NCBI GenBank assembly: GCA_002269645.1
Contig: NIVC01000212.1
Location: 372,001-436,000 of the forward strand
DNA: 64,000 bases
Source of the DNA: Macrostomum lignano
Lineage: Eukaryota
Direction: 5' to 3'
Shown: piece by piece, positions 12,401-22,983 of the stretch
Layout of the letters: each line of letters opens with the position of its first letter
How positions within the stretch are numbered: the stretch's first letter is position 1
Position numbers and translations under genes: made by a program
Notes under the pieces: generated by a model
Told to the model about the DNA's origin: nothing
Seen by the model: only the letters and a program-made list of their open reading frames with translations
Database searches by the model: none

Positions 12401-15400
12401 CAAACCCAGGTCAAGTAAATATTACAAAGAGTATATTACGTACACACGCCAACTCCGAATACCAAGCCATACTAGTCTACTTGCAGTGCTCCTGGAGGGA
12501 AGGGACGGCGGGGTGTACATCCGGCAGGGTGGGCGTCCAGCGAGTGTACATCTGACAGGATGGGTGTTCAGCAAGTGTACATCTGACAGGGTGGGCGTTC
12601 AGCAAGTGTACCTTCAGCGTCGAGTAGGTGTACACCCGTCAGTGGGAACTCAGCCCCTCCCACCAATGTCGTGTGCATGCGGTTAGTCAGTATAGTGGTG
12701 GGGTAGACGGTGCAGGAAGGAAACCCAGATGCTGACGCTGCCCTGTACAGCGAGCAACCAGCCCTCCTGTAGCAGGAGGGGGACAGAGAGTGCGTGGAGG
12801 CAGTAGGAGATAGAGGACGCTACCCGGCATGTCGCAGCACGCGGCGCGGGACAGAGAGGCAGTGTGTAAGTCACCCCCACAGGGAGAGCTGCCCTGGCAG
12901 GAGGCGCGGGACAGAGAGGCGGTGAATCACACCCCACGGAGAGAGCCGTACAGCGAGCTTCCCCACCCGAGTCCGGTAAATATTACAGAGTATTACGTGC
13001 ACACGCCAGCCCTGAATACCAAGCCATACTAGTCTACCTGCAGTGCTCCCAGAGGGAAGGGATGGTCAGGAGTTACACACCAAGAATGCATTCATACAAA
13101 GAGTACACAACTCGAGCCCAGACACCAAGTCACAGTCTACTTACAGTAGAGATGGTAGATTAATAGCAAGATTATATTACAATTAGACCTCCCTAGCACA
13201 TGAGGAGTGAAATTCAATAATAATTGAATTCAATAATAATACAACATTTAGACGTAGTAATTTAATTACAAAATACCACTAACACTGAGCCAACGAATTG
13301 TAGGTTACAAAGGAGTTGCCACTCATATGGAAAGCCAGTATAATGCAGGTGTATATTATTAAAACATAGACAAAAACGATGCAGACGTATATACACACTA
13401 TTGATTTTGTACATGTACATTTCGGCATATTACCACACATCGCAGGCACATATTATATATCGGGGATAGGTTAAAATACACACATCGTAGATGTAGAAGC
13501 AGACACAATGCAGGAAAATTATGATACGAGTGTACATATTAGTGCGTAAAAGTATCATATTATGACACCCTGTAGCACATATTGACATAATGCAGGGGAA
13601 AATATTGACAGAAATAGTACACAATTGTAGAGGTAACAACCCGCCAACTAGTAAGGACATCCAGCACTTGTTCAGGTTTTTATTATTTCGAGACGAGTGT
13701 CATGCCCCCGCAAGAGATCTTATCAGAAATTTGTTGAACTCCACTGCAACTCTCCCCAGAGCCTCCAAATGTGAGTTTTTAACCAGGGTCGAGTACAAAG
13801 GACCCGCCCACTCTTAACCCCAAGGGTGATCGTAGCGGAGACCAAGTACAGTGCGGACGGAGAGGGGTAACAGAAAGCGCTGCATCAGACCGCAGGGCTG
13901 CATTCCTCCCCGAGGTAGGCGCGTCAGCTCCCACTCCTCATTTAACCATCAAGTAAACTAAAGAAGTCAAGCAGAAAGCCTTACAATCACCCGCAACCAG
14001 CACAAGTAAGAGTACTTTCCACTAGAGAGCCATAGTGCAAGATTCGCGAGCCAAGTTGAAGAAGCACACCAAATTACACTAAAGACATATGTATTAAAAA
14101 GCATACCGGCACCTCTACAAAAACACAGTATGTACCGATTAAAGTTGCTTTTGGTGCAGTGTATTTAATAAAAGCAGGTACCTAACACAAAAGTAGGCAT
14201 CAATGCAGTGCACGGGCTAAACTGTATTTACAAACGCAGGGCAACGAACTACACACAATGTAGCGCATAGACATAATTGTACGCATAAATGTACGCAATT
14301 TCCGGTATATAGGACCAAATGTACACAATGTACACAAACACACACACACACACACTCAGGCGCATCCTGCAGCGCATCCTGCAGCACCGATCGCCGCAGG
14401 CGATGGCGCCATCGGCAGGAAGCTCTTGCTGTGAATACGCCTGAGTGTGTGTGTGTGTGTGTTTGTGTACATTGTGTACATTTGGTCCTATATACCGGAA
14501 ATTGCGTACATTTATGCGTACAATTATGTCTATGCGCTACATTGTGTGTAGTTCGTTGCCCTGCGTTTGTAAATACAGTTTAGCCCGTGCACTGCATTGA
14601 TGCCTACTTTTGTGTTAGGTACCTGCTTTTATTAAATACACTGCACCAAAAGCAACTTTAATCGGTACATACTGTGTTTTTGTAGAGGTGCCGGTATGCT
14701 TTTTAATACATATGTCTTTAGTGTAATTTGGTGTGCTTCTTCAACTTGGCTCGCGAATCTTGCACTATGGCTCTCTAGTGGAAAGTACTCTTACTTGTGC
14801 TGGTTGCGGGTGATTGTAAGGCTTTCTGCTTGACTTCTTTAGTTTACTTGATGGTTAAATGAGGAGTGGGAGCTGACGCGCCTACCTCGGGGGAGGAATG
14901 CAGCCCTGCGGTCTGATGCAGCGCTTTCTGTTACCCCTCTCCGTCCGCACTGTACTTGGTCTCCGCTACGATCACCCCTTGGGGTTAAGAGTGGGCGGGT
15001 CCTTTGTACTCGACCCTGGGTTAAAAACTCACATTTGGAGGCTCTGGGGAGAGTTGCAGTGGAGTTCAACAAATTTCTGATAAGATCTCTTGCGGGGGCA
15101 TGACACTCGTCTCGAAATAATAAAAACCTGAACAAGTGCTGGATGTCCTTACTAGTTGGCGGGTTGTTACCTCTACAATTGTGTACTATTTCTGTCAATA
15201 TTTTCCCCTGCATTATGTCAATATGTGCTACAGGGTGTCATAATATGATACTTTTACGCACTAATATGTACACTCGTATCATAATTTTCCTGCATTGTGT
15301 CTGCTTCTACATCTACGATGTGTGTATTTTAACCTATCCCCCGATATATAATATGTGCCTGCGATGTGTGGTAATATGCCGAAATGTACATGTACAAAAT

Positions 15401-18400
15401 CAATAGTGTGTATATACGTCTGCATCGTTTTTGTCTATGTTTTAATAATATACACCTGCATTATACTGGCTTTCCATATGAGTGGCAACTCCTTTGTAAC
15501 CTACAATTCGTTGGCTCAGTGTTAGTGGTATTTTGTAATTAAATTACTACGTCTAAATGTTGTATTATTATTGAATTCAATTATTATTGAATTTCACTCC
15601 TCATGTGCTAGGGAGGTCTAATTGTAATATAATCTTGCTATTAATCTACCATCTCTACTGTAAGTAGACTGTGACTTGGTGTCTGGGCTCGAGTTGTGTA
15701 CTCTTTGTATGAATGCATTCTTGGTGTGTAACTCCTGACCATCCCTTCCCTCTGGGAGCACTGCAGGTAGACTAGTATGGCTTGGTATTCAGGGCTGGCG
15801 TGTGCACGTAATACTCTGTAATATTTACCGGACTCGGGTGGGGAAGCTCGCTGTACGGCTCTCTCCGTGGGGTGTGATTCACCGCCTCTCTGTCCCGCGC
15901 CTCCTGCCAGGGCAGCTCTCCCTGTGGGGGTGACTTACACACTGCCTCTCTGTCCCGCGCCGCGTGCTGCGACATGCCGGGTAGCGTCCTCTATCTCCTA
16001 CTGCCTCCACGCACTCTCTGTCCCCCTCCTGCTACAGGAGGGCTGGTTGCTCGCTGTACAGGGCAGCGTCAGCATCTGGGTTTCCTTCCTGCACCGTCTA
16101 CCCCACCACTATACTGACTAACCGCATGCACACGACATTGGTGGGAGGGGCTGAGTTCCCACTGACGGGTGTACACCTACTCGACGCTGAAGGTACACTT
16201 GCTGAACGCCCACCCTGTCAGATGTACACTTGCTGAACACCCATCCTGTCAGATGTACACTCGCTGGACGCCCACCCTGCCGGATGTACACCCCGCCGTC
16301 CCTTCCCTCCAGGAGCACTGCAAGTAGACTAGTATGGCTTGGTATTCGGAGTTGGCGTGTGTACGTAATATACTCTTTGTAATATTTACTTGACCTGGGT
16401 TTGTAAGTTCTAATAACATATAAATGACTACTGCTGACTAGTTGACGCATCTGGATGGTGTGATAAAAACTAGTAACGTACCGCGATTTCGAGAGAAATC
16501 CTAGCACAATACTGTTCTGTCCGGCATGTGGAAAAGTATTTGCCCCGCCTTCGCTTACTCATACTGCACACAGACAAAGCTTATCTCTATTAGCAATCTG
16601 TTCGTGGTGGTTTAGAAGGATACTGTCTTCCTGTATATAGCTCTCTATCCCTTCATCACTCGTAATAACTTCATAAATGCTCGCTTGACCAATGGCTGGT
16701 ACTGAACTAATAATTCATACGATACATAATGGTTAATACTTTCTAACTCCGTACAGCTCACAAGTTTCTACTCTCTACCTTATCAGTAACATTAAAATAA
16801 AAAGGTAAAATTTGCTGGTTTTGTGCCTTGTTTGCTTACTTTTCTATTAAAATACTTGCGGTTTATAATTGAAAATGTCTGCTTTTTATTCAATTTTATG
16901 TGGTTTGAAGGTTTATTTTTGCTAAAATGCCTGGTTTCTTATAAAAATTTCTACTCTCGACAATGATTGTGTCAGCTATTTCATTAAAATAACCTACTTT
17001 TGAATAAAACGTTGTATTTAAGCCTCTAGTTTTTTTTTTCAAAACATAATGGAAACCCTCACAACGCCCTTGGAACCTCCTCAAGCAGCTTACATAGAGC
17101 ATGCAGACCCCGAAACCCCTCTAGTGTGCCCTGATTTCAGCGGTCTGACGGTTAAGATCTGTATTTTTACACTATATTTTCCTTCATGCAGCAATACAGG
17201 AGGGTTTGGTAGAGTGAGTCTGGCGGGAGAGGGGGCTTGTGGGGTGATGAGGATGCGTACACACAGTTTAGCCTGTTTTAGCCTACCTTTTGGGCTAATA
17301 TACTTACTATTATTACTACCATTATACCTACTATGTACATACTATTATACTACCCGCTATTAAATATGCTGCACTAAAACCAACTTTTGAAAATACATAG
17401 CGTGTTTTGGTCTATTCTCCCTCACGTCTCTGTCCCTACACGTGCTCTGCCCGCTTTGGTCTCTGTTTGTGTACCTCTCTGTAACGTCTCTGTACGCTCA
17501 GACTGGTTTCTCCGTCCCCGCACGCGCCTCTACTAAAGTTTGCTGTTACCTACCCCTACACACTGCTCTCTGTCTCCCTCCGCGCACACCTCACTGCCCT
17601 TGCATGTAATTTGCATGCCTTGCATGCCCTGTCCTGCCCTCGCGTGGGTCCCTGCCTATACATAGCTACCGGACCCTACCTCTCTCTGTGCCTTGCTCGC
17701 AACTCTGTCCCAGGCCCCCCTTCATACTTCTCTGTCCCAGGCCCCCCTTCATACTTCTCTGTCCCGGGCTGTAACTGGCTGACACGCGCCTCTCTGTTCC
17801 CCAGCCTGCGTGGCTGCCTACCCTGCACACTGCTCTCTGTCCCCCTCCGCGCCTCTCTATCATCCTATTCCTGCAGCTGACCGTGCCGTTCAGCTCTGTC
17901 CACGCACGGCTCCACCCCTGCCCGTGTCTCACTGTACACTGCTCCCTGCTGCATGGCTCCCTTACCCTGCGCGTTTGCTTCCTATCTCCCTCCTGCTCCA
18001 TATGTTTCTGTTCCCTCACACTACGCACACGTGGCTGGCTCTCTGTCCAAACACATCTCTGCTCCTCCACTCTATCCTCGCGTGGCCCCTTGACGGTTCG
18101 CATGCCCCTGCATACCCTGCCTGCCTCTCTGTCCCCTGCAACTGGGGAGGGAGCTCTCTATCCTCTGTATGGCTTTCTCTGTGGGGTGTGTGTGACTCAC
18201 ACTACCTCTCTGTCCTAGCATGCGCCTCTCTATCCGGCTCCTGCAGCAGGCTGTGTTATTCACATCTCTTTCCACCCACCCTCTGCCCGTACACGCTCAG
18301 TGTACAGGGCTGCGTCAGCATCGGGGTTAAAACTTCTCGCTCCCTATGCTTCAACAGTATAACAACCTAGTGGCTGGTTCTCTGTCCGCCCCACCCCTCT

Positions 18401-19475
18401 CTGCCCGTACACTCTCACTGTACAGGGCTGCGTCAGCGTTAGGGTTGAAACTTCTCGCTCCCTATACCCCACAACCGTGTAGTGTCCTAGTATGGGCGCG
18501 ACCTGGGTTCGATTTCGCTAGTTGAGATGTAGGTGAGAGAGGGGAAGAGGCCCGTATCGATGACTACATATCGGTGTACACACATATCGGGAGAGTGTAC
18601 ACTCGGGGTGCCTGCGGCATGGGCGCCTGCTGCATGGGCGCCTGCGGCTCGGGAGGGTGCGCTTGGGATCTGATTGATTTGGGATCTGATTGATTTGGGA
18701 TCTGATTGATTTATTGGGATCTAATATCGGTAGGTGCGCCTGCGGCTGGGGAGGGTCGCGGGTTCGAGTCGCCGATATCGATACGGGTATCGATCACCTA
18801 GTGATCGGGGCGCCAGCCAATGAGAGGCGAGGAGGGTTGACACCCACCCCACCTCCAAAATCGCGCCTTACGCCAGTCCATAGTAGTAGTGACGCGGGCT
18901 ATATCGTCCCTAGCCAGTCCAGCCCGATGCAACGTGCTGGCACAAGTCTTCCTTAGAGACTGGTTTGAGAATTTACCATCCGTAGACACGGGTTTGGTGA
19001 TATTCGCCACATTAATTGGAGTCGAGAGTATGCCGGCCGATAGGTAGACACAGATAGACCGCAGTCGTCTCCATGAAGCAGTAGTTTGGTTTGCCTCTCC
19101 TGAAACCAGTCCTCAAATTGCTTTAGTGCCCATCGTTCCTTCCGGCGTGTCGATTCCGGCACAGCAGCGTCAATCCTTTCAGCAACCTCGTTATCGGACA
19201 GTAAAGCAAATCTAGAAGCCTCGTTTTCTCTCAGTTCAATGTCATTCAACCAGTCGAAAGCGAGTTCCAAGTCGTGTTCCATGATTCTCAGTTCTCTCTG
19301 ATTTCCTCTAGCTGCCCAAACCTTTCCTTTCTCGCTTTTAGCTCGTATTTTAAGCATCGAATCTTTTACTTTAATTTTTGTCTATGGTTAAATGTGGGGG
19401 CTGCGCCCCCCACACCCCCGCTTTTGACGAATACCTCTCTCCCACTCCCAGTCGCTTCCAATATCTGTAGATTAA
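9469..19475 (-). mobile_element. Crypton (tyrosine recombinase transposon), internally deleted ~1-kb derivative, split by a 9-kb insertion
   Basis: Bounded by TTAA with a near-inverted 15-mer (ttaacctacagatat / atatctgtagattaa). Minus-strand pieces: RFALLSDNEV...AVPESTRRKERWALKQFEDW, PIGRHTL, KFSNQSLRKTCASTLHRAGLARDDIARV (ending ~18891), continuing TGHSSNAIERYIRLD at ~9917. These are the DUF3504/Crypton-type N-terminus and the HxLR / GH..Y catalytic boxes. Confidence 0.8.
9921..18887. mobile_element. 8,967-bp foldback (palindromic) non-autonomous element with 6-bp TSD; Polinton/Maverick-like ends (tentative)
   Basis: Left arm 9921-14362 is the reverse complement of 14438-18887, with a 75-bp spacer. 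Termini ACTACTATGG...CCATAGTAGT. Direct repeat AGTGAC at 9915-9920 and 18888-18893; removing the element restores Crypton codons ARVTGH. The family assignment is inferred. Confidence 0.85.
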
Positions 19476-19624
19476 GTACGATCTTCGTCTGTTCTTTTGG
19501 TGTCTATGGCAGAAAGACCTCGGTCGCAATTCTAAGGCCTCGGCTTCGCCTCGGCCTGAGAACAGCGTCCTCGGCCTTTCTCTGCCATAGGAACCAAAAG
19601 AACAGACAAAGATTATATACTTAA
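19472..19624. mobile_element. ~150-bp TTAA-bounded hairpin element (Crypton-associated or TTAA MITE)
   Basis: ttaagtacgatcttcgtctgttcttttggtgtctatggcagaaag is imperfectly inverted by ctttctctgccataggaaccaaaagaacagacaaagattatatacttaa; it shares a TTAA with the Crypton end. Confidence 0.6.
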
Positions 19625-19927
19625 GATTTTTCATTAACGTTAACGGACTGTCGTTAAGATTTTTTGAACTAACGGATTAACGAATTTGCGTTAAAAATTT
19701 TGTGAATTAACGATAAATTCATCGTTAACGGTAGTGTCTATGTCAATGACCAAAGACGCAAAGAAGGAACGAAAAATAGAAGTCTTACAAGAAGTTTAAA
19801 CATTACGAACGTATTTGAGCTGGCCTATATGCCTAAATATAATCTCTTTATTTATGACGATGATCATACAGACGTACATGTAATTAACAACTTCTTACAA
19901 ATAAACTTTAAAATAATGAATTAAAAT

Positions 19928-20812
19928 CAGTGTTGGGCACCGTTAATGAAAATCTTAACTTCCGTTAATAGCAAAAGCGTTAGCGTTAAAACAAAAAAAT
20001 CTTTACTTTTTAACTCCTAATTTCGTTAAGTTAACTGAAAGTTAACTGATAATCGTTAATAAGCGTTAATCCGTTAAAGTTAACACAGAAAATGCGGAAA
20101 TCTTGCACGTTTTTTTCCAAAACAGACTTCGTATTGCACGTCTAGTTGCTATTCCATCTTTTAAGCGAAACACAGAGGTCATCTAAGCGATTTGAAAGCT
20201 AAAAAAGTAATAAATAATCATTTTAAAAACTTGCATGCATAATACTACTAAAAGTAAAGCATATGGTAAAAAAAGAAACTTATTTTATTTGAAACTTAAA
20301 AGCTAATAGCGAGAAATTCATAATTAAATACGCATAGGAAGGTTGTTTCAGTACCATTAGCAGGCGCAGCAGAAAGTTGCGAAAGATTGGGACAGAAGTG
20401 AATCAAAGCGATCGATGCTCACGCGCAAGAAATAAAGTTTCACACTATTTTAATTCATTATTTTAAAGTTTATTTGTAAGAAGTTGTTAATTACATGTAC
20501 ATCTGTATGATCATCGTCATAAATAAAGAGATTATATTTAGGCATATAGGCCAGCTCAAATACGTTCGTAATGTTTAAACTTCTTGTAAGACTTCTATTT
20601 TTCGTTCCTTCTTTGCGTCTTTGGTCATTGACATAGACACTACCGTTAACGATGAATTTATCGTTAATTCACAAAAGTTTTAACGCAAATTCGTTAATCC
20701 GTTAGTTCAAAAAAATCTTAACGACAGTCCGTTAACGTTAATGAAAAATCTTAACGCTTATTAACGCTTATTAACGGATTAACGCTTATTAACGGACTGG
20801 TGCCCAACACTG
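19928..20812 (-). mobile_element. hAT-type MITE copy B (885 bp), inserted inverted into copy A
   Basis: TIRs CAGTGTTGGGCACC / GGTGCCCAACACTG; 8-bp TSD ATTAAAAT at 19920-19927 and 20813-20820; interior is the reverse complement of copies A and C. Confidence 0.95.
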
Positions 20813-21515
20813 ATTAAAATAGTGTGAAACTTTATTTCTTGCGCGTGAGCATCGATCGCTTTGATTCACTTCTGTCCCAATCTTTCGCAACCTTCTGCTG
20901 CGCCTGCTAATGGTACTGAAACAACCTTCTTATGCGTATTTATAAATTATGAATTTCTCGCTAATAGCTTTTAAGTTTCAAATAAAATAAGTTACTTTTA
21001 TACCATAGGCTTTAATTTTAGTAGTATTATGCATGCAAGTTTGCACGCGAAGGTGTATTCAGCACGCCAGTGAAGTATGAGACAGACCAGGCCTAAGGGC
21101 TACGGTCTGCGATGCTTCACGCCTGCCCCTATATTCAGCAGGTCAAGGCTGGAGAGGGAGGTCTGCACCCGCTATTTGCCACTGGCAGCCGCAGACCCCC
21201 CCCCCTCACGCTGTTTCACAAGTCGACCCAGGGTACTCGTCCCCGCGTGTGTTCAAGGCAGACCCTAGGGCTGCTGGACAGACTGGGCTCCGACGCTGGC
21301 GACCCATCCAGTGGCTTCGGCCGAATTTGGGTATGCGGGTCTGGCTTGCCAGCCTGCAGGCCGTGGTACTGCTTAACGTACCCCCTAATGCCTAAGGTGT
21401 TTGACCGTGCCGATGGGCTGGAAGGCCGGGGGGTTGTCCGGTCGCTAGCGGTCCTTTTCTTTTTCTTCTTTCCTCTTTCTTTTGTGACTCAGCTCACTCC
21501 TTCCCGCTTTCAGCT

Positions 21516-22981
21516 ATGGCGTCATCCGCCTCTTTAACCCCCGCTGAAGCCGGGGCCCCGGCAACTCCGGCCGGTGACTCTGGCACCAGCGCCGCCCCAC
21601 CGGGGGCAGATGGGCTTGCCGCCGGCTCGGCTGGTGACATGCCCGCACGCGCAACCGGGCCCTCCGCTGAAGCCCGACGCACCCGCAACCAACGCCGCAA
21701 CGAGCGGCGACGGCGACTACGGGGTACTGCGGGCCGGCCACCGGCGGAAGGGGAACCTAGGGAGGGCGGGCTGCTGTTGGGCCGAAAGGAACCACAGCAA
21801 CCCCTGCCCCCCAGGATACAACCCCCGCTGGTGTGCCACCCAGTATACCTGCTACAAGCGCGGCCGGGCCTTCGGGAACCGCCGCCACCAACTACGCCTC
21901 AAAGGTCAAGCTCCAACCGGCGGTCATCGTCTTCGGGGAAGAGCAGGACCTCACGGCCGACGAGCTCGACAGTGCCTGGCGCACCATCGATGCTGCGCTC
22001 ATCGACCAGCTCCTGGCGGGCCGCCCTGTGAGCGTGGTCAAGTCTGCCAAGACCGACGGCTGCATCTTCATCTGGTGCAGCTCGGAGGAGAGCAGCCGCA
22101 ATCTACGCGAGCTTCTGCCAAAGCTGAACTGGCCCAAGAAGCTCGGCAAGCTCGTCTTCGCCAGCGAGGGCGAACGACAGAAGACCCAGCGCTTTCGCGT
22201 CTGGATCCCGGCCGGCAGTGCCATTAAGTCCGGAGATCAGCTTAGGCAAATATTGCTAAAGCTGCACCCCGACCTTAAGGTCAACGGGCTCCTACACCAC
22301 GCCACTTCCCGCAAGGAGAAGGGGGCTACGGTGATCCTAGGGCTCTCTGATGACTGGGCTAAGCGCTTGCCGCCTAAGTCCACAATTCATATTGGTCTGA
22401 CTCAGCTGACCATCCTCCGTTGCGAGGAGCGGAAAGCTGATGAAGCCAAGAATGCCAAAGCTTCCGAAACCGGAACTGGGGCCCAGGCTCCTCCGGCAAA
22501 GAAGCCGAGGCAAACGGCCGATCCTATGCCCGGTAAGGCAGTTCGCGCTGCTGAAACCGGAAATCGCAATCGCAGACCCGCCAGGAGCACCCGGAGGTCC
22601 GGCCTGATCCAGCGCGCGCTGGACCAGGCCAAGAACCTTCGTGCGCATCGTGAGCGGGCCCGCGCTTCTCGCGCTCCACCCCAACAGCCAGAAGGCCAGA
22701 CTCTAAGCGGGGAGGCTCCGACCGACTGGTTCGAGTCTGTGACTCACCAGGAGGCTGGCGCCACCCGCATCGACCTGACCGACGAGGCAGAGGGGACGGG
22801 CAGTGACAGCACCGAAGCACGCAGGAGAGGCGACGGTAACGTCCACGCTGGGCTCACGTCCGCGGAGGACTCCACAGCCACCCTAACTGCTGAGGACGCT
22901 GAAACTCCCATGGAGGTCTGCGGGTCACCCACCACTGAAAAGGAGGAGGATGACCTGCTCAACGATTCCCCAACTGCGTGA
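21516..22981 (+). CDS. LINE ORF1 protein (DUF4780-like region); a 1-nt frameshift near 21750-21830 joins ORF 21516 to ORF 21833
   Basis: ATG at 21516. Basic low-complexity N-terminus, then WRTIDAAL...GCIFIWC..EES...RFRVWIP, resembling DUF4780 in LOA-type ORF1s. The downstream frame has a TAG at 21758, so a shift is required. Confidence 0.65.
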
Positions 22982-22983
22982 TA

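Noticed and set aside
10438-13032. Small ORFs in the palindrome arms (mirrored at 15772-18370)
   Set aside because: No recognisable motifs; they overlap repeat mosaics and appear twice only because of the symmetry.
9921-18887. Palindrome as a pure assembly or fold-back read artefact
   Set aside because: A fold-back artefact would mirror the flanks. Here the two flanks are different, colinear halves of one Crypton codon run joined by an exact 6-bp duplication. Read-level confirmation is still advisable.
9920-18891. CACTA/EnSpm assignment (CACTACTA...TAGTAGTG can be read at the ends)
   Set aside because: That boundary gives unequal ends and only a 1-bp duplication; the ACTACT boundary gives perfect ends and a 6-bp TSD that restores the target.
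9469-19624. piggyBac element suggested by flanking TTAA
   Set aside because: No CCC...GGG termini or piggyBac transposase; the internal peptides are tyrosine-recombinase type.
21750-21830. Programmed -1 frameshift in LINE ORF1
   Set aside because: No clear slippery heptamer; a 1-nt loss in a G run fits the error pattern seen elsewhere in the window.
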